Positions 12,155 through 25,050 of a DNA stretch of 64,000 nt are shown here, piece by piece; positions within the stretch are counted from its first letter, which is position 1; every line of letters starts with the position of its first letter. The position numbers and the translations under genes were made by a program. Source of the DNA: Lepidodermella squamata (Eukaryota > Animalia > Gastrotricha). The stretch is taken from the NCBI GenBank assembly GCA_047495785.1, contig JBLDXI010000066.1, forward strand, positions 248,001 through 312,000. The letters run 5' to 3'. The notes beneath the pieces are model-generated. The model had not been told where the DNA came from and did no database searches. It saw only the letters and a list, made by a program, of their open reading frames with translations.

Positions 12155-15100
12155 TTACTCGCTCTCGCTCTTCGAGTAGGTCTTCTTTTTGAGCAGCTTC
12201 TTGAGCGATTTTTTGCCCTGCTCATCCGAGTGGTCGCGCAGATTCTCGCTCACACTCTCGTTCTCCGTCGTGTCGCTGTAGCTGCTCTCGTCATCCGACT
12301 GGCGGCGGCGGCTCTTGTCGCCCCGCCGGCGGTACTTGTTCTTCCTAGCCCTCGCGCTGTTGTAGTCGGCATCGTCGACCTGAAGCGAGGCGAGCGAGCC
12401 GTAGCATCGCGGGAAGTTGCGCGGCGGTTTCAGCCACTCTTTCGTCTCGCCGACCTTGAGCACCATCATCATACCCTCCTCCGTGTGGTAGTCGATATTG
12501 CAGTGCAGCATCCACGGGCCAGGGTTGTTGGCTACAAAGCGAATGACAACGTAGCCGCCAGATGGAACTCCGACAACGTCCTAGAAATTTATTCAGAAAA
12601 ATCAAAATTAATCGTCAAAAATTGAAAAAATTAATATCAAAATGTTGTGTTAAAATTTGAAAAATTGTCAGCTAAATTTTCATAAAAATATGACATTTAA
12701 TTTTCAATTTTTAATTTTTTTATTTTGTCCTGATTAATCTTTGATATCGAAAAAATCACCGATTTTCAAAATCAATAATCGATATTTGGAATCGATATCG
12801 GCTTTGAAAATTTAAAATTTGAGATTTTGAAAATCCTAATTGCGAAAACTTTAATGCTGAAACTTGAATTTAATGCTGGAACCCTATATTACCCTATAAT
12901 ATATTACTTTACCTTGAGAGGAGCTTTGTGAAGGGTTCGCTTGATCAAATCTTGCTTGTCCATCAACTCGAATTCCGTCGCATTGAATGGCTTCTTGACC
13001 GAATCCTATATTTTTTTAATTCAAATTAAATAAAAATTAAATATTTTTCGCTTGATTTGTCAATTTTACCATGGCAACAACGCGGAAGTGGTAGCCTTGC
13101 AAGTGGATAGGGTGATCGATTTCGTTGCGTGTCTTGCGCCCGTTGTCGATCAAGACGAGTTCGACAAGGGAGCCGAGCGGGATTTCCTCGACGTGAATGC
13201 ACTGGCAGTACTCTTCGGCCGGGCAGTGGCGCTTCTTCGAGTTGCAGAACAAATCCTTCGGAATTTCGTTATATTGGCTGAAAATTTCAAAAATTGAGAA
13301 AAGTTCAAAAATTTAGAGAAGCCACTTACGTGAGCATGTTAACTGGCGGCAATTTGCTGCTGATTCTGTTCAGCCTAGGAACGAGGACCCGATGGAAGGT
13401 ACCGTTAGTCTGAGACGTGTTGTTTTGCGGGTTCGATGCGCTAACTTTAACGGCATCGAAATCCTGGAATTTAGAAAACTTCGTGATTTGAAAAATAAAA
13501 AAAAACTGAAATTTCAAAAATATAAAATTAATTTGTTGAAAATGAGAGAAATTCATAAAATTTTAGAGTTAAAATTTCTAGTCTATTTTCAGACTTTTAA
13601 AATTTTGAATATAAATTTATTGAAATTTCAAAATTTAGAAATAGCAATTTTTTATTTTTTTTCGGAGTGAAGATTGAAATTGTTACCATTTCGATGATGA
13701 GTTTAACATCGGGTTTACCCGATACAACCGGGTCGGTGTAGGCGCTCTTCAGCTCCGAAACTTTGGCCACCTTCTTCGCAGCCGGTTTCGTCTCATTAAC
13801 ATCAACGCGGTACTTGGAATACAAGACATAGTTGAGCTTATCCAACACGTCGCGGCTGTAGCCATCAGTCGCTTCCTTCACGTCGATAATTTTCGGCAAC
13901 TCACCATTTTTATAGGTAATTTTTGCAAAAGCAAAACCGCCGCGATTCTCGCCGCGTTGATCAACGACTTGAACGTTGAGGTGGAAAATTTTCTCCTCAG
14001 GATTTTCCGCGCCAACGAAGAACGGCACGATGTCGAAGCGTTCGCTCGGCAGCAGGATGACGGACTTCGCCGCGATGGGTTGAACAGGCCGGCCGTCGGC
14101 TGCGATGACGACCAAATCGTGGCCGGTGATCCAGACCTTGACCGGGGTTAGGAAGGCAGCGTTGTTAATCACCCTGAACCGGTAGCGGTATTTCGCCTTT
14201 AATTGATACTCAACTGGCGGCAATTTGAGCGCGGCGGTTTTTGACCTACTCTCAGACAACGAATGGGCGCCAGTCTCATTCGAGGGTGAAACGCCGTTGA
14301 CGAGCAGCGTGGCGGGTGATGTGCGGCCATGCGTGAATTGCGTCATAATAGCCGTGTTCAGGGCTGTGTCGCTGGCGAACCAGTCTTGGATGAAGATGGG
14401 CCGGATGTTGTCGCGGTCGTACAGAGCTTCGTGAGGGTCGTTAGCCTGGCGGACGATGAAGGGACCAGCGAGGCCGTCGGCCCGCTGGGAACCCATGGCC
14501 GCGTGCCAGAAGTAGGTGCCGGTCTGATCGGCCAAAAAGTCGTACGTGAAGTTGTCGCCGGACATTATTGGGCACTGCGAGATCATTGGCGCGCCATTCA
14601 TGAAAGGCTGAATAAAGAAAAATCGATTAAATTCAATCTTGTAATTTAAAATATTTTAAAATTCGAAATTGGAGAATTTTATTATTATCAAAATATTTTT
14701 CGAGAGACGAGAGAAAGTTTAAATTTTTTTCAATTTTTTTTTAATTTTAAAAATTTAAAAATATCAAACAATTCAAATTTTCAATATTTTCAATCGCCTA
14801 GTTAATTCGAAAAATCACTTTAAATTATTTTAAATTTGTTCAAAATTTGCAAAATTTTAAATTTCAAATTTCAAAACTTTTCAAAAAATTGCGACTCACA
14901 GTTTTTGACATGTGAAGGCCGTGAATGTGAATGCTGGTCGATTCGCCATTGGGCAGGCCATTGATGACCTTGATGCGAACGCGATCTCCGCGGCAGACTT
15001 CAACCGACGGGCCCGGCATCATGCGATTGACCGCCATAACCGGGCGCTGGGTGCCGGCCGCCGGGATGCACCCAGGCGCCTGGCAGTCCTCGGCCGAGTA

Positions 15101-15503
15101 CGGGCAGTTTTTGCAGAATCGGCTCATCGAAACAAACATGCTGATGTGGAAGTCGTAGTCGCACGTTTTTGGCCGCTCGTCATGTTCACAGTGGCGGCGG
15201 CACGGGTGGTCGTAGTAGTCTTGGTAGACGGTGTTGGCTGGCCCGAAAAGGCCCTCGTGGCCCTGCTGAGGGTGACCGGAGCCGTGGTGAAAAAATCGAG
15301 GATCCTGCTCTTCAACCGAAGTCGTACTGATCGCTGTACGGATATTAAAATTGAGAAATTAAAATTAAAATTGAAAATAATTGAACTGGATGAAATATTT
15401 TGAAAAATTTTCGAATTTTCTTTTGAATCTAAGAAGAGCGAGCGTACTGAAAAATCAAATTACCTGTAAAACAGAGAGCCAACAGCAAATAAGCTGTTGT
15501 CAT
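12155..15503 (-). CDS. Secreted laccase-like protein 3 lacking three type-3 Cu histidines (7 exons, about 751 aa)
   Basis: Exons 15503-15464, 15333-14900, 14607-13687, 13463-13330, 13277-13070, 13005-12913, 12580-12155; intact frame and splice sites. Motifs read HIHG, YFWHAA (normally HSH), HPIHLQG (normally HLHG) and HCNIDYHTEEGM (normally HCH). Confidence 0.9.
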
Positions 15504-15824
15504 TTTGGAAAAGGTTGAAGAACTTGTTACTCAATGAATAAATTGTAAAAATTGAACAAAAGTTTCTTCGAAGGCGTTTCGAAATTTTATTTAAGGTCGC
15601 GCGAATCGTAGCCACGTGTTGAAAGGTGCCACGCGCCCCCGAAATTTTCGCGCCCATTGTTCTTAATTTTTTTGATCGTGAAACAGCTCTTTTCATGTCA
15701 AAATTGTCGCATTTCATCATCATGTTTTATTAGTTCCTCTCACAAAATAATAATTAAATTTTATTTTAATTAATAAATAAATTCAACCAGTAGTTATCTC
15801 ACAGTATTTTCGATTTTTCGAATA

Positions 15825-18800
15825 TTACAGCGTGAAAGCATTCGGGAATCCGTCGAATTCCGGATCCAAATCAGCTCTCAGGCCCATTTGCAGCAGGTTC
15901 CGATGGCCTCCACCGCCATGGTGCATGCTTCGTTGATTTCGCTTGTAAATATGCTTGTTATGCTTCATCGGCCATGACGGGTGGCATTTCGGGAAGTCAT
16001 GCGGTGCCTTGACCCACTCGTGGGGATCGCCGACCTTCAGCGTCAACATCATGCCCTCTTCCATGTGGAAATCGATATGGCAGTGAAGCATCCACGGGCC
16101 GGGGTTGTCGGCAATAAATCGAATAACGGCATAGCCACCTGAGGGTACACCGATCACATCCTAGAAAAACAATTTCAAATTTTTCAGAATTTTTTGAAAT
16201 TTTGAAAAATAAATAGGCATACCTTTAGAGGAGCATTTTTCACATTTCGCTCAACCAATCCTTTGCGGTCCATTCGATAGAACTCTTTAGCGGTAAAATT
16301 GGCATGAACTTTTTCCTAAAATAGAAAAAATTTCAAAATTAAGTAAAATTTAATTTTTAAAATTGTTGAAAAAATTTCAAAATTTTTAATTTCCAAAAAC
16401 TGACCATAGCAACGACTCGGAATTGGTAGCCATGCATGTGGATTGGGTGATTGACATCGGTTCTGACAATTTTGGCATTATCAAGCAGGACAATCTCGAC
16501 CAGGGCTCCAAGTGGGACTTCTTCAAGGTGGATACACTCGCAGTACTCCTCAGGTGGACATTTTCGATGCTTCGCATTGCAAAACAGCTCCTTCGGAATT
16601 TCATCAAAATCGCTGTAAACAAAATTTCGAAAATAGTTTTTGAAAATTATAAAATAACAAATTACGTTAGCATGGTGTATGGCGGCATCATGTTGCTGAT
16701 TTTGTTCAACCGGGGTGTGACAAATTTGAAAAATTGCTCGTATTTAGCCAACTCTTCTGGTGGGACATGTTTCGGCTTCAAACTAGGATCGATAACGGTC
16801 TCGAGATCCTAAAAATGAAAGAGAAAAGGCAATTCACGAAAACCACGAAAATAGCAATCGAATTTTCGATTTTTAATTCAATTCAAAAATTTAACTTCAA
16901 TTTTCAAATTTTTCAAGGTCAAATCAAAATTTCAAATTTGAATAAAATTATTTGACAATTCTCAAAATTTCAAAATTTCAAATTTTAATAATTTTCGAAA
17001 TTTTTTGAGAATTTTTTTTCAATTTTTACTCTTTATACAAACTAACCAGTTCAACCATGAGGCGATAGTCTGGCTTGCCCGAAACATCCGGGTCGCGATC
17101 GATACTCTCCAAATCAGCGATTTTCGCACCCTTCGACCTCACGCCAGGTTCGTCATTCAAATACTTGGCATAGATCAAATAATTGACCTCGTCATAAACA
17201 AACGACGTCGCCCCACCCGTCGCTTGTTTCGCAGTTAAAACCGGCGGAATTCGCCCGTCTTCATAGATAACCTTAGCGAAGGTCAACCCACCAGTCGCAT
17301 TGCCACGAGCGTCCAAAATTTGAACGAATAGGTTGTAGACACCGTCCCTTGATCGTTTCTCGCCATTGAAATACGGCACGAAATCGAAACGTTCAGCCGG
17401 CATCATGTGGAATGATTTAGTAGCGGTTGGCTTTATCGATTGGCCGTCGATTGCGATGAGGATCAAATCGTGGCCCTCGAGCCATACCTTAACCGGAGTT
17501 GCGAAGAACGCGTTATGAATCACCCTGAATCGATACCGGTGTTTCGCGTTCAAGCGATACTCAAATGCGGGTAGCTTCACCGGGAACGGCGGCAGGGTCG
17601 TATTTCCGCGGTTTTCTTTCGCGTCAAGTGACCCGGATATGCCGTTGATTAGCAAATTAGCCGGGGCTGATCGAACGCTTGTGAATTGAATGATTGCGAA
17701 CCGGTTGATTGTTGTATCGAGTGGGAACCAGTCAGAGGTCATGAGGGGCGCCAAATTGTCGCGGTTGTACAGCCGGTAGTGAGGGTCTTTCGGGTCTCGG
17801 ATGACGAAAGCGCCTGCGATTCCGTCGGCGCGTTGAAATCCAGTATGGCTGTGCCAAAAATAAGTACCTAGTCAAGTAATTTATTATTTGGATATATTTG
17901 TTGGGTTTTTGTTTAGGAAATTCACCTGGGATTTCAGCTTCAAAGTCGTAGGTGAAATTTTCGCCGGGCATGATGCCACACTGAGAGAACATCGGAGCAC
18001 CATCCATGAAAGGCTAGGTGAAAGATGGCAAATTGAAAATAAATTAAATGTTGAGTACAAAGAGTAAATTATTAATAAATTATGAATATATTCAATGAAT
18101 CATTTATTAAGGATTTTCAAAATATTTTTTTCAAAAAAATTAAAACAAATTTAGGCACTGGGCCGAATGAAAATCCCCCTGATGATTGTATAATATTCTT
18201 CCTAAATTGAATTTGATTTATTTTTGAAATTCGTTAGATATACCACAGCTCTTACGCTATGATCAAAATTGAATTGATTGTATTTGAAATTGGCTCACCA
18301 CCACAGCGTAACAGAAATAACCAAAGTGCAACACAAAATTTAATATTTTGCAGCACACATTTTTGCAACACACGACCTTGTTTTTGGCATTAGTGAAACA
18401 AGTAAAATTCAGGCATACCAATAGATGTTATCGGGGGCGCGGAATACGACCGTGGTAATTGTTTGAATGTCAGGGACGTTGGTACCGGGTAAACCGGGTG
18501 AAAACCGGGTAAAACCGGGTACTACCCGGGTAAAAATTGAAAATCGTCCCTTTCGGTTATCATATTCGGATTGAGCGTAAAAAACTGCCCCTATCCTATA
18601 TCTTCTTGTTATATCGAACTTACAAGTTACAAAAATAAGTTATGTGTTGCAATTTTATCCTGCTGCAAATTGGTGTTTTGTGTTGCGCTGTGGTTTTAAG
18701 TGTTTGTTTGAAATTTTGTATTCAAAACGACCCCACATTTATGGCATAAACTTATACACATTCACGGATGCAAATGTTCGCAGGTTTTTGGTAAAATTCC

Positions 18801-19933
18801 AAGGGATGTGTTTAATTTAATTTTTGGATTTATTTCTCATTTTTCTATAATCAATATCGATTCTTAGTATCGATTTTACACTGATTTTTCCGATGTCAGC
18901 AGTCTAGGAATTTGAAAAACATTCTACATAAGTATCTGCGAGGGTTATAATTGCCGATAGAAGATTTCGAGGTCACACGATCATCAGTATCGATCAGAAA
19001 AGGAAAAGGTCTAAATTACAAAAAATAAAAAAATGAAGTCCAGCCTAAATTTTAGTGGTACTTCATATTTAGTCTTTAGACCCTTCTCAACTCCCATTTT
19101 TAGTTTCATTTTGTGTAGTAATTTTCCCAATGTGAATTTTTGGTTTGTTTGAATGGGAAGAATTTCAAATTTCGCTAGATAAGAATAAAATCTGCATGCT
19201 CAGGAATAAACGTCGGAATTCGGATCATCGTTTTATCGATTCGATGTCGTAATTAAATTGAAAAATGAAGTTCATACTAATTTTAATTTTAATTTTCCAA
19301 AGAAATTTCGCTTAATAAAGGTAATTGTTGGATCTCATACCGTTTTACGCTGCGGCATGCCGTGCCAGTGAATCGAAGTTGTCTCGCCATTAGTCAGCAA
19401 ATTGACGACTTTTACGCGAACCCTATCACCCAAGCAGACTTCAACCGCCGGGCCAGGCATCTGCCGGTTAACAACCAACACCGCGCGTTGAGTCCCAGCG
19501 CCAGGGATGCAACCCGGCTGTTGGCAGTCGGCGAACGTATTCGGGCACGAGAAACACTGCCGGCTCATGGTTGCGTACAAGGCGATGTGAAACTCGTAGT
19601 CGCAAACCATGGGCTTGGCGCCAAGCTCGCAATTACGCCGGCACGGGTGGTTCGAGTAGTCGTGATAGATAGACAGCGAATGCCGGCCCATCGAGTGATG
19701 ATGGTGACCTCGTTTTTTATTGCTAGACGTGCGCCGTGGCTCGACGTGTTCTGGGTTCATGTGTGCCATTGTGAATTTATAAAAACGCAGGTCATCGTAG
19801 CGGCTAGCCGACGAGGTCGCTATCAATAAAATTGCCGCTATCGAACACGCTGGAAAAAAATTCAACAATTAAATCACAATTTTTGACGTAGAAATTAATT
19901 CTTACCGGCCAATGAAATTGCTGATAAATTCAT
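15825..19933 (-). CDS. Secreted laccase-like multicopper oxidase 4 (8 exons, about 741 aa)
   Basis: Exons 19933-19906, 19849-19341, 18013-17926, 17867-17047, 16808-16666, 16612-16405, 16315-16223, 16160-15825. Motifs HWHG, YFWHSH, HPIHMHG, HCHIDFHMEEGM. Has an extra 58-nt intron at 17925-17868. Confidence 0.92.
18300..18694. mobile_element. MITE-like inverted-repeat element inside laccase-4 intron 2
   Basis: The left arm ACCACAGCGTAACAGAAA...TTTGCAGCA...TTGCAACACA (18300-18372) is an imperfect inverted copy of TGTGTTGCAA...TGCTGCAAA...TTGTGTTGCGCTGTGGT (18643-18694). Internal CCGGGTAAA repeats at about 18485-18535. Confidence 0.5.
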
Positions 19934-21183
19934 CTTTGATTTCGAAAATGAATTTTCGATAAGATGGCTTCATCCGCGGGTGATCGATTTGATCTATCAT
20001 TAATTAGCTTCGCTGTTCGTCATAAAAATTATTGCTAATAATTGGAATTAAATGAAAAATATTCAAACGACGACAATTTTAAATTTTTTTTACCAGACTC
20101 ATTATCAAGCATCGAAAATTTATAAAAAATTAGAAATAATATTATTTTTACCTAAATTCGGCAACATTTTAAATAATGTCAATTAAAAAAGAATTTATTA
20201 TTAAGAATTTTTATGTTCTCAGTTCCGGTATTTTCAAGGTGGAGAATCTCGCTAGAAATTCTAAAATTACAAAGAAAAAAGCTAGCGTTCCAACATCAAC
20301 CTGACAAGTTAAGGCATAGTTGGGCCTTCTCTGATTTTAAGAAGGATGCTATGAAAATTCAGCTTGAACGCTTAAATCCTCCATTTTTTCGGGTTCGATT
20401 CGGTCTTAAACAGCGTGCCCCATAAGTAACGCTGGCAAAGGAAAAACAGCCTACAAATACTCTAAAATAAGAGACGAAGCACATCTTGTGGTCAGAATAA
20501 TTTTAGAAAAATTAAAAAATCACCAGAATAGTAATCAAGTATGTCACCTTTTAATGGGATCAATAAACTCCGGAGAAATTCGGTAAAATACCGAAAATAC
20601 CGAACCAGCTACCATTGGAGTTTTCCGGCCTTTCTCCGGTAAATTATTTAATTCTTCGGTGAAATCACGGATAAAAGATTGGAGTATTTTCTCAGTAGGT
20701 AATTTAAAAAAATAGGTAAAAGTTGAATTTCCTTGAAAAATTCACCAAATTAAAAAATTGTTGCGCAACCTCTATGACACGCTGTAGGCTTTCTCTAGGC
20801 CAAAGAACAATTTAAACCTTATTTAGAGTCCTTGGCATAGCACGCAATGTCCCTCGCATTGTGTTGTGCTGCGAAAACAAAACAGGTAATTTTGCAGGTA
20901 ATTTCATCTTTAAACTGTTTTATATATTGTTATGACCAAGAGTTATGACCCGTGATCCTTCAGCTGACAAAAGCGCGTGGCAAAATGCCAAATTAACACA
21001 CGCACGGAATAAACAATGGTGAACATTTGAATGGAATTTTTTGCAAAAACAATCACTACATTTTTGATTTTTCTGAGATTAGAATAATTTCATCATAAAA
21101 ATAATCAAATTATTACAGCTATTTCATTATTTATTTTTTCATTCAATTAAAATATTTATGCGTGAATTTTCAAGTGTCATGGT

Positions 21184-22136
21184 TCAGGCAGTTTGCGTGC
21201 ATTTCTCGAGAGTCAAGCCGTAAAGTGTGACTGTGTCGTAGGACATTTTCGCGAGGTTGGTCGTCGACGCTCCCATACAGCACGCTTGAAAGGATGCATA
21301 AAAGTAGGCCGTGACGCCGACGGTTCCAAACCCATTCGGTGACTTTAGGGGATAAAAATGAAAATGATTAGAAAATTTGAAGCAAAATAAAAAATAAAAT
21401 TTTGATTTGATTTAATAATAGAAAGATATAAATATAAATGGAATCATTAATTAAAAAAATCCACCCCAAATGGGAGGGTTAAACCTTAAACTAATGAAAT
21501 ATAGCAGATATTTATTACAGTTGAGGTGGCGAAAACATTGCTGCCGTCACAGGTCATCGGGAATCGAATGCAAGAACCCTTCTGGCCAGTGACTGCGGAA
21601 GCACAGGCTTTAAACGGATAAGTATCAGTCGTCGTGAAGCAGGCTTGCTGCGGCGGGCTGAGCGGGATCATGTCGAAAACATTTGCGCTTATCGCATTGC
21701 AACACTGCGCATAGCTTGCATACGACGTCGAGCTAAACGCCTTAGTTTAACAAACAAAACTAGTTTAAATCAAACTTTGATTGCTACACGCTTACTGTCG
21801 CCCCTGTAATCGACGAGCACGGGGTATTGACAGTTGATGTGCAGAATAGAACTGCTGATTTCGTGACAGAAAGTTGGCATGCCGTGAAGCCAGTCTTGGG
21901 ACAAAAAAATCGAAAAATTAAAAGAGCCAGCTTAATCGATGTGTTGAACATACTGTAGCGGCGCAAAATTGACCATCCGGGCAGGTTACGGTGCCGCAGC
22001 TTTGCCCTGATGGGCAGGACAAGCTCGGGCAGGGTGTTGCTGTTGTGGTTGAATCGGCACGGTAAGACGGAGGTGGGCAAGCCGAAGCGGTGTAGCTCAA
22101 CACCGCGATAACAAAGCTGTAATACAAAAAAGCCAT
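21184..22136 (-). CDS. Secreted 18-Cys protein A (4 exons, about 220 aa), family not recognised
   Basis: Exons 22136-21954, 21894-21796, 21740-21519, 21342-21184; all introns phase 0 and GT-AG. Signal peptide MAFLYYSFVIAVLSYTASA followed by CPPP. Cys per exon 6/3/6/3. Ends EKCTQTA*. Confidence 0.85.
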
Positions 22137-22423
22137 TTTGAAAAATGAAAATAATGACAACAAAACTGAGTACGATGCGTCATGTATTTCCGGCAGTAGA
22201 TTGTCCGATCTATTTCGAAGCTGTTTACATGCTGAAGTTCAAACCGTAAATACCGGAGTGAAAACGGGTTCAAATCCTTCGAAGAGCTGGATTTTCGCCG
22301 AAAATTAACCTATACCTGATTTCCTTTATCGAATATGTTCGATCGAAACTTTACGGCTAAAAAGGTCGGACAATGTGTTTATATGGTATAAAGCTTTTGT
22401 TGATCGTTTATTTTGCTGCAAAA

Positions 22424-23245
22424 ATGGTTTTTTTTCGTTTATTTTTAGTTGCCGCTGCTGTAGCCTTAGCAGCATCCTGCCCACCCTCTACAACGACAAC
22501 ACCATGCCCAACGAGTGCCTGTCCTAGTGGCCAGTCGTGTTCGGCCAACGCCTGCAAAACTGGCCAGTCTTGCTTCACTGGGGTTTGATGGGGCGAATGC
22601 AACTTTTCATACTACAACTTTGTTTTTTCTCAAGACTGGCTTCACGCTGTGCAGAGTCAAGACGAATTTGAAAATTCTCGTGAATTACTGCCATTCGGTT
22701 CCGACTCTCGGATGCTCGTTAATATCAGGTGGAAGCGTTAGTCAAGCTATTTATTAAACCGCTATGTATAAAAGCCTTTGCAGGCCGTAGTACCCTCGCA
22801 GCGGTACAACGACTGGGCATCGTGTTGCCTCGCAGCTGGTTCAAAAGTCTCGTACGAGATGACGTACCCTCCCGATACGTCTATATACGACGGCGTAAGA
22901 TCGTCGACTTGCTTCGGCACTTCCGACCCGTTGCCGTACAAAGTTTGCGCAGATCCGTCAGTCGCGAGGCAAGGCATGTGCTCACGATTTCCAGGCGGTT
23001 GTCCTGACGGCTTTGGAGCTATTCAAAGCACGGTATAAGATGATTTTACAATTCGCCAGCTCCTTCGCTATTGTTCCGACTTATTTCAGGCCACGCTGCC
23101 GGTACCGGCCAACTATTCGTTTGCCTCGTTCACTGAATGCTGTAAAGCCCTCGCTCAATCTGGCGCAAATGCTCAAATCTTTGTAGGCTTAGCGAGTTAT
23201 TACGTGCAAGGTTTAGGGCAAGAAGTGTGCAGGCAGACTGCCTAA
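22424..23245 (+). CDS. Secreted 18-Cys protein B (4 exons, about 221 aa)
   Basis: Exons 22424-22582, 22635-22736, 22784-23032, 23090-23245; phase 0 introns. MVFFRLFLVAAAVALAAS-CPP, contains PYKVCA...QGMCSRFPGGC, ends EVCRQTA*. AATAAA at about 23293. Confidence 0.85.
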
Positions 23246-23736
23246 TATTGTTCGCTTCAACTATTGTACTGCTTCAACGTGAAATAATACGCAATAAATG
23301 TTGTCATAATGGTTTCATGTCGACTTATCATTTTATCCATTCCCCTACGTACTCTACTGTACCGGGAAGACGTAGTCTTTTACGATCATGAACGGTTTCT
23401 ACCGCTTTTACCTGGTTTACCCAGTTAGGACGTCCCGAATGCCCGAATGAATGCCATAGCCAGATTCCGGGCCCCTGAAAGCATTTATTTTATTATGAAT
23501 TTTACCTACTATATTTTATTAATCCATAGAACAAGGTTGTTTGTTTTCCAAAAAGGTGTGCTGCCAAATATTAACTTTGTTTTGCACTTTGGCCTATTAC
23601 TATGACGCTAGGTTGCAAACCTCATTTATTAGCAGGTTGTACCCATTGTACAAACTTTTCGCTTTTAACCGCACTGATTGTCAACTCCAGTGCTTGCACC
23701 TTAGCTCAATATTATCAAAAATTTTGAAAGGTATTC

Positions 23737-24752
23737 CAAAACATGCACGGCAGTAGGAAATATGAATACTGTAAACTGCTTATAGCTGTTTTGAAATTTA
23801 AGCAGTTAATAAAAATGAGTTTTGACTTGAGCTCTAAGCAATAACAACAACAACAACATGGGCGAACTGGGCTAAAATTACACTTTTGAACTCGAGAACG
23901 TACACCACCTAGCACCTAGCGGAGAGCGTAATTTTTGTTCAGATCCGTCGATTTGTCTAGGGTCCAGGCGGAGTCGAGGTTCTAAAAAGATGTTCTGAAA
24001 GTTTGATTTCAACGAAATCGTGCAGTAAAAATATTAATTTAAAAAATCGTCAGATTTTCGGCAAAAACTTTCATCAGGGTTCATTTATTCAGTTTAGGAA
24101 ATTTCTCTGCAATGCTGAGCATATTTTCGGAATCGGAAACAGTGCTATGAAAAACGCAGGGAAGACTTCAATAATTTAGGCCTACAATCTCATGGTCAGC
24201 AACAAAATACCTGCCAGGAGATGATTTGAATCAACGTTCACAAGAAGCCCACTGCGAATTTGGATGACTTTGGAGATTACTGAGATGGCCAATTAAATCA
24301 TGTTCAAGGAGTCCATTCCTTATTACGCTCGCAATCGCCTAATATCCAATAAGCTTTAGATTTCCATCTTTTAAAGCTGAACATTTTCATGACTGCTAGT
24401 TCGTGCACTCGTTATACACTCATAGGAATCGTAATAGCTACCTAAACAACTCCGACCAAAGTCGTTGCACTTACTATATTTTAATTTTGTAAAATGTGGC
24501 TTGTTGACGCTGGAGGCTTGATCATCATAAGAGAGCCATCCTTTATTGTCAGTTAATTGACCTTGAAATAATTCTAAATTTAGAAAGTATAACAAAACAT
24601 GCACAACTATACTGGAAAATATGACTACAGCACTTGTTTTTATAAAATATTATGAATATGAAGCTAATAAATGAGTTTTGAGTTTGAGCTCTAAGCAATA
24701 ACAACAACAACGACGGACGGGGGCTAAATGACAATTTTTTGAACTCAAGAAC
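23737..24752 (+). repeat. Two diverged direct copies of a non-coding unit of about 160 bp (23737-23899 and 24593-24752) containing (CAA)n
   Basis: Shared CAAAACATGCAC ... ATGAGTTTTGA.TTGAGCTCTAAGCAATAACAACAACAACAAC ... GGGCTAAA ... TTTTGAACTC.AGAAC. Confidence 0.7.
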
Positions 24753-25050
24753 AAAGCGAACGCTTAAATGAGCATCACCGATTTGCTGACTTTGAAATAC
24801 GTGAAAACATTTTGCAGGGAAGAACTAAAAAAATGGCCCGACAGTTTGATTCCTATCGATCAATGTTGACGGGAAAAGTTTATCATACTTACTGTGGAAC
24901 ATTTTTGAATTCGCTTAAAAAACGCGAGAATGATATCTCAAATTAGATAGTTTTATTTTGTGTGCAACCACTATTTTTGTTTATGTAAATGTATGTATAC
25001 AACCATTTCACTGAACATTCCAACAAAGCCGCAGTGAGTTTATTTGCTAA

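Noticed and set aside
1203-19829. Many plus-strand and alternate-frame ORFs overlapping laccase exons (e.g. 4268-4729, 8949-9416, 14912-15403, 19362-19829)
   Set aside because: Shadow ORFs caused by GC3-rich codon usage on the coding strand. They recur only because the laccase exons are paralogous, and they have no domain features.
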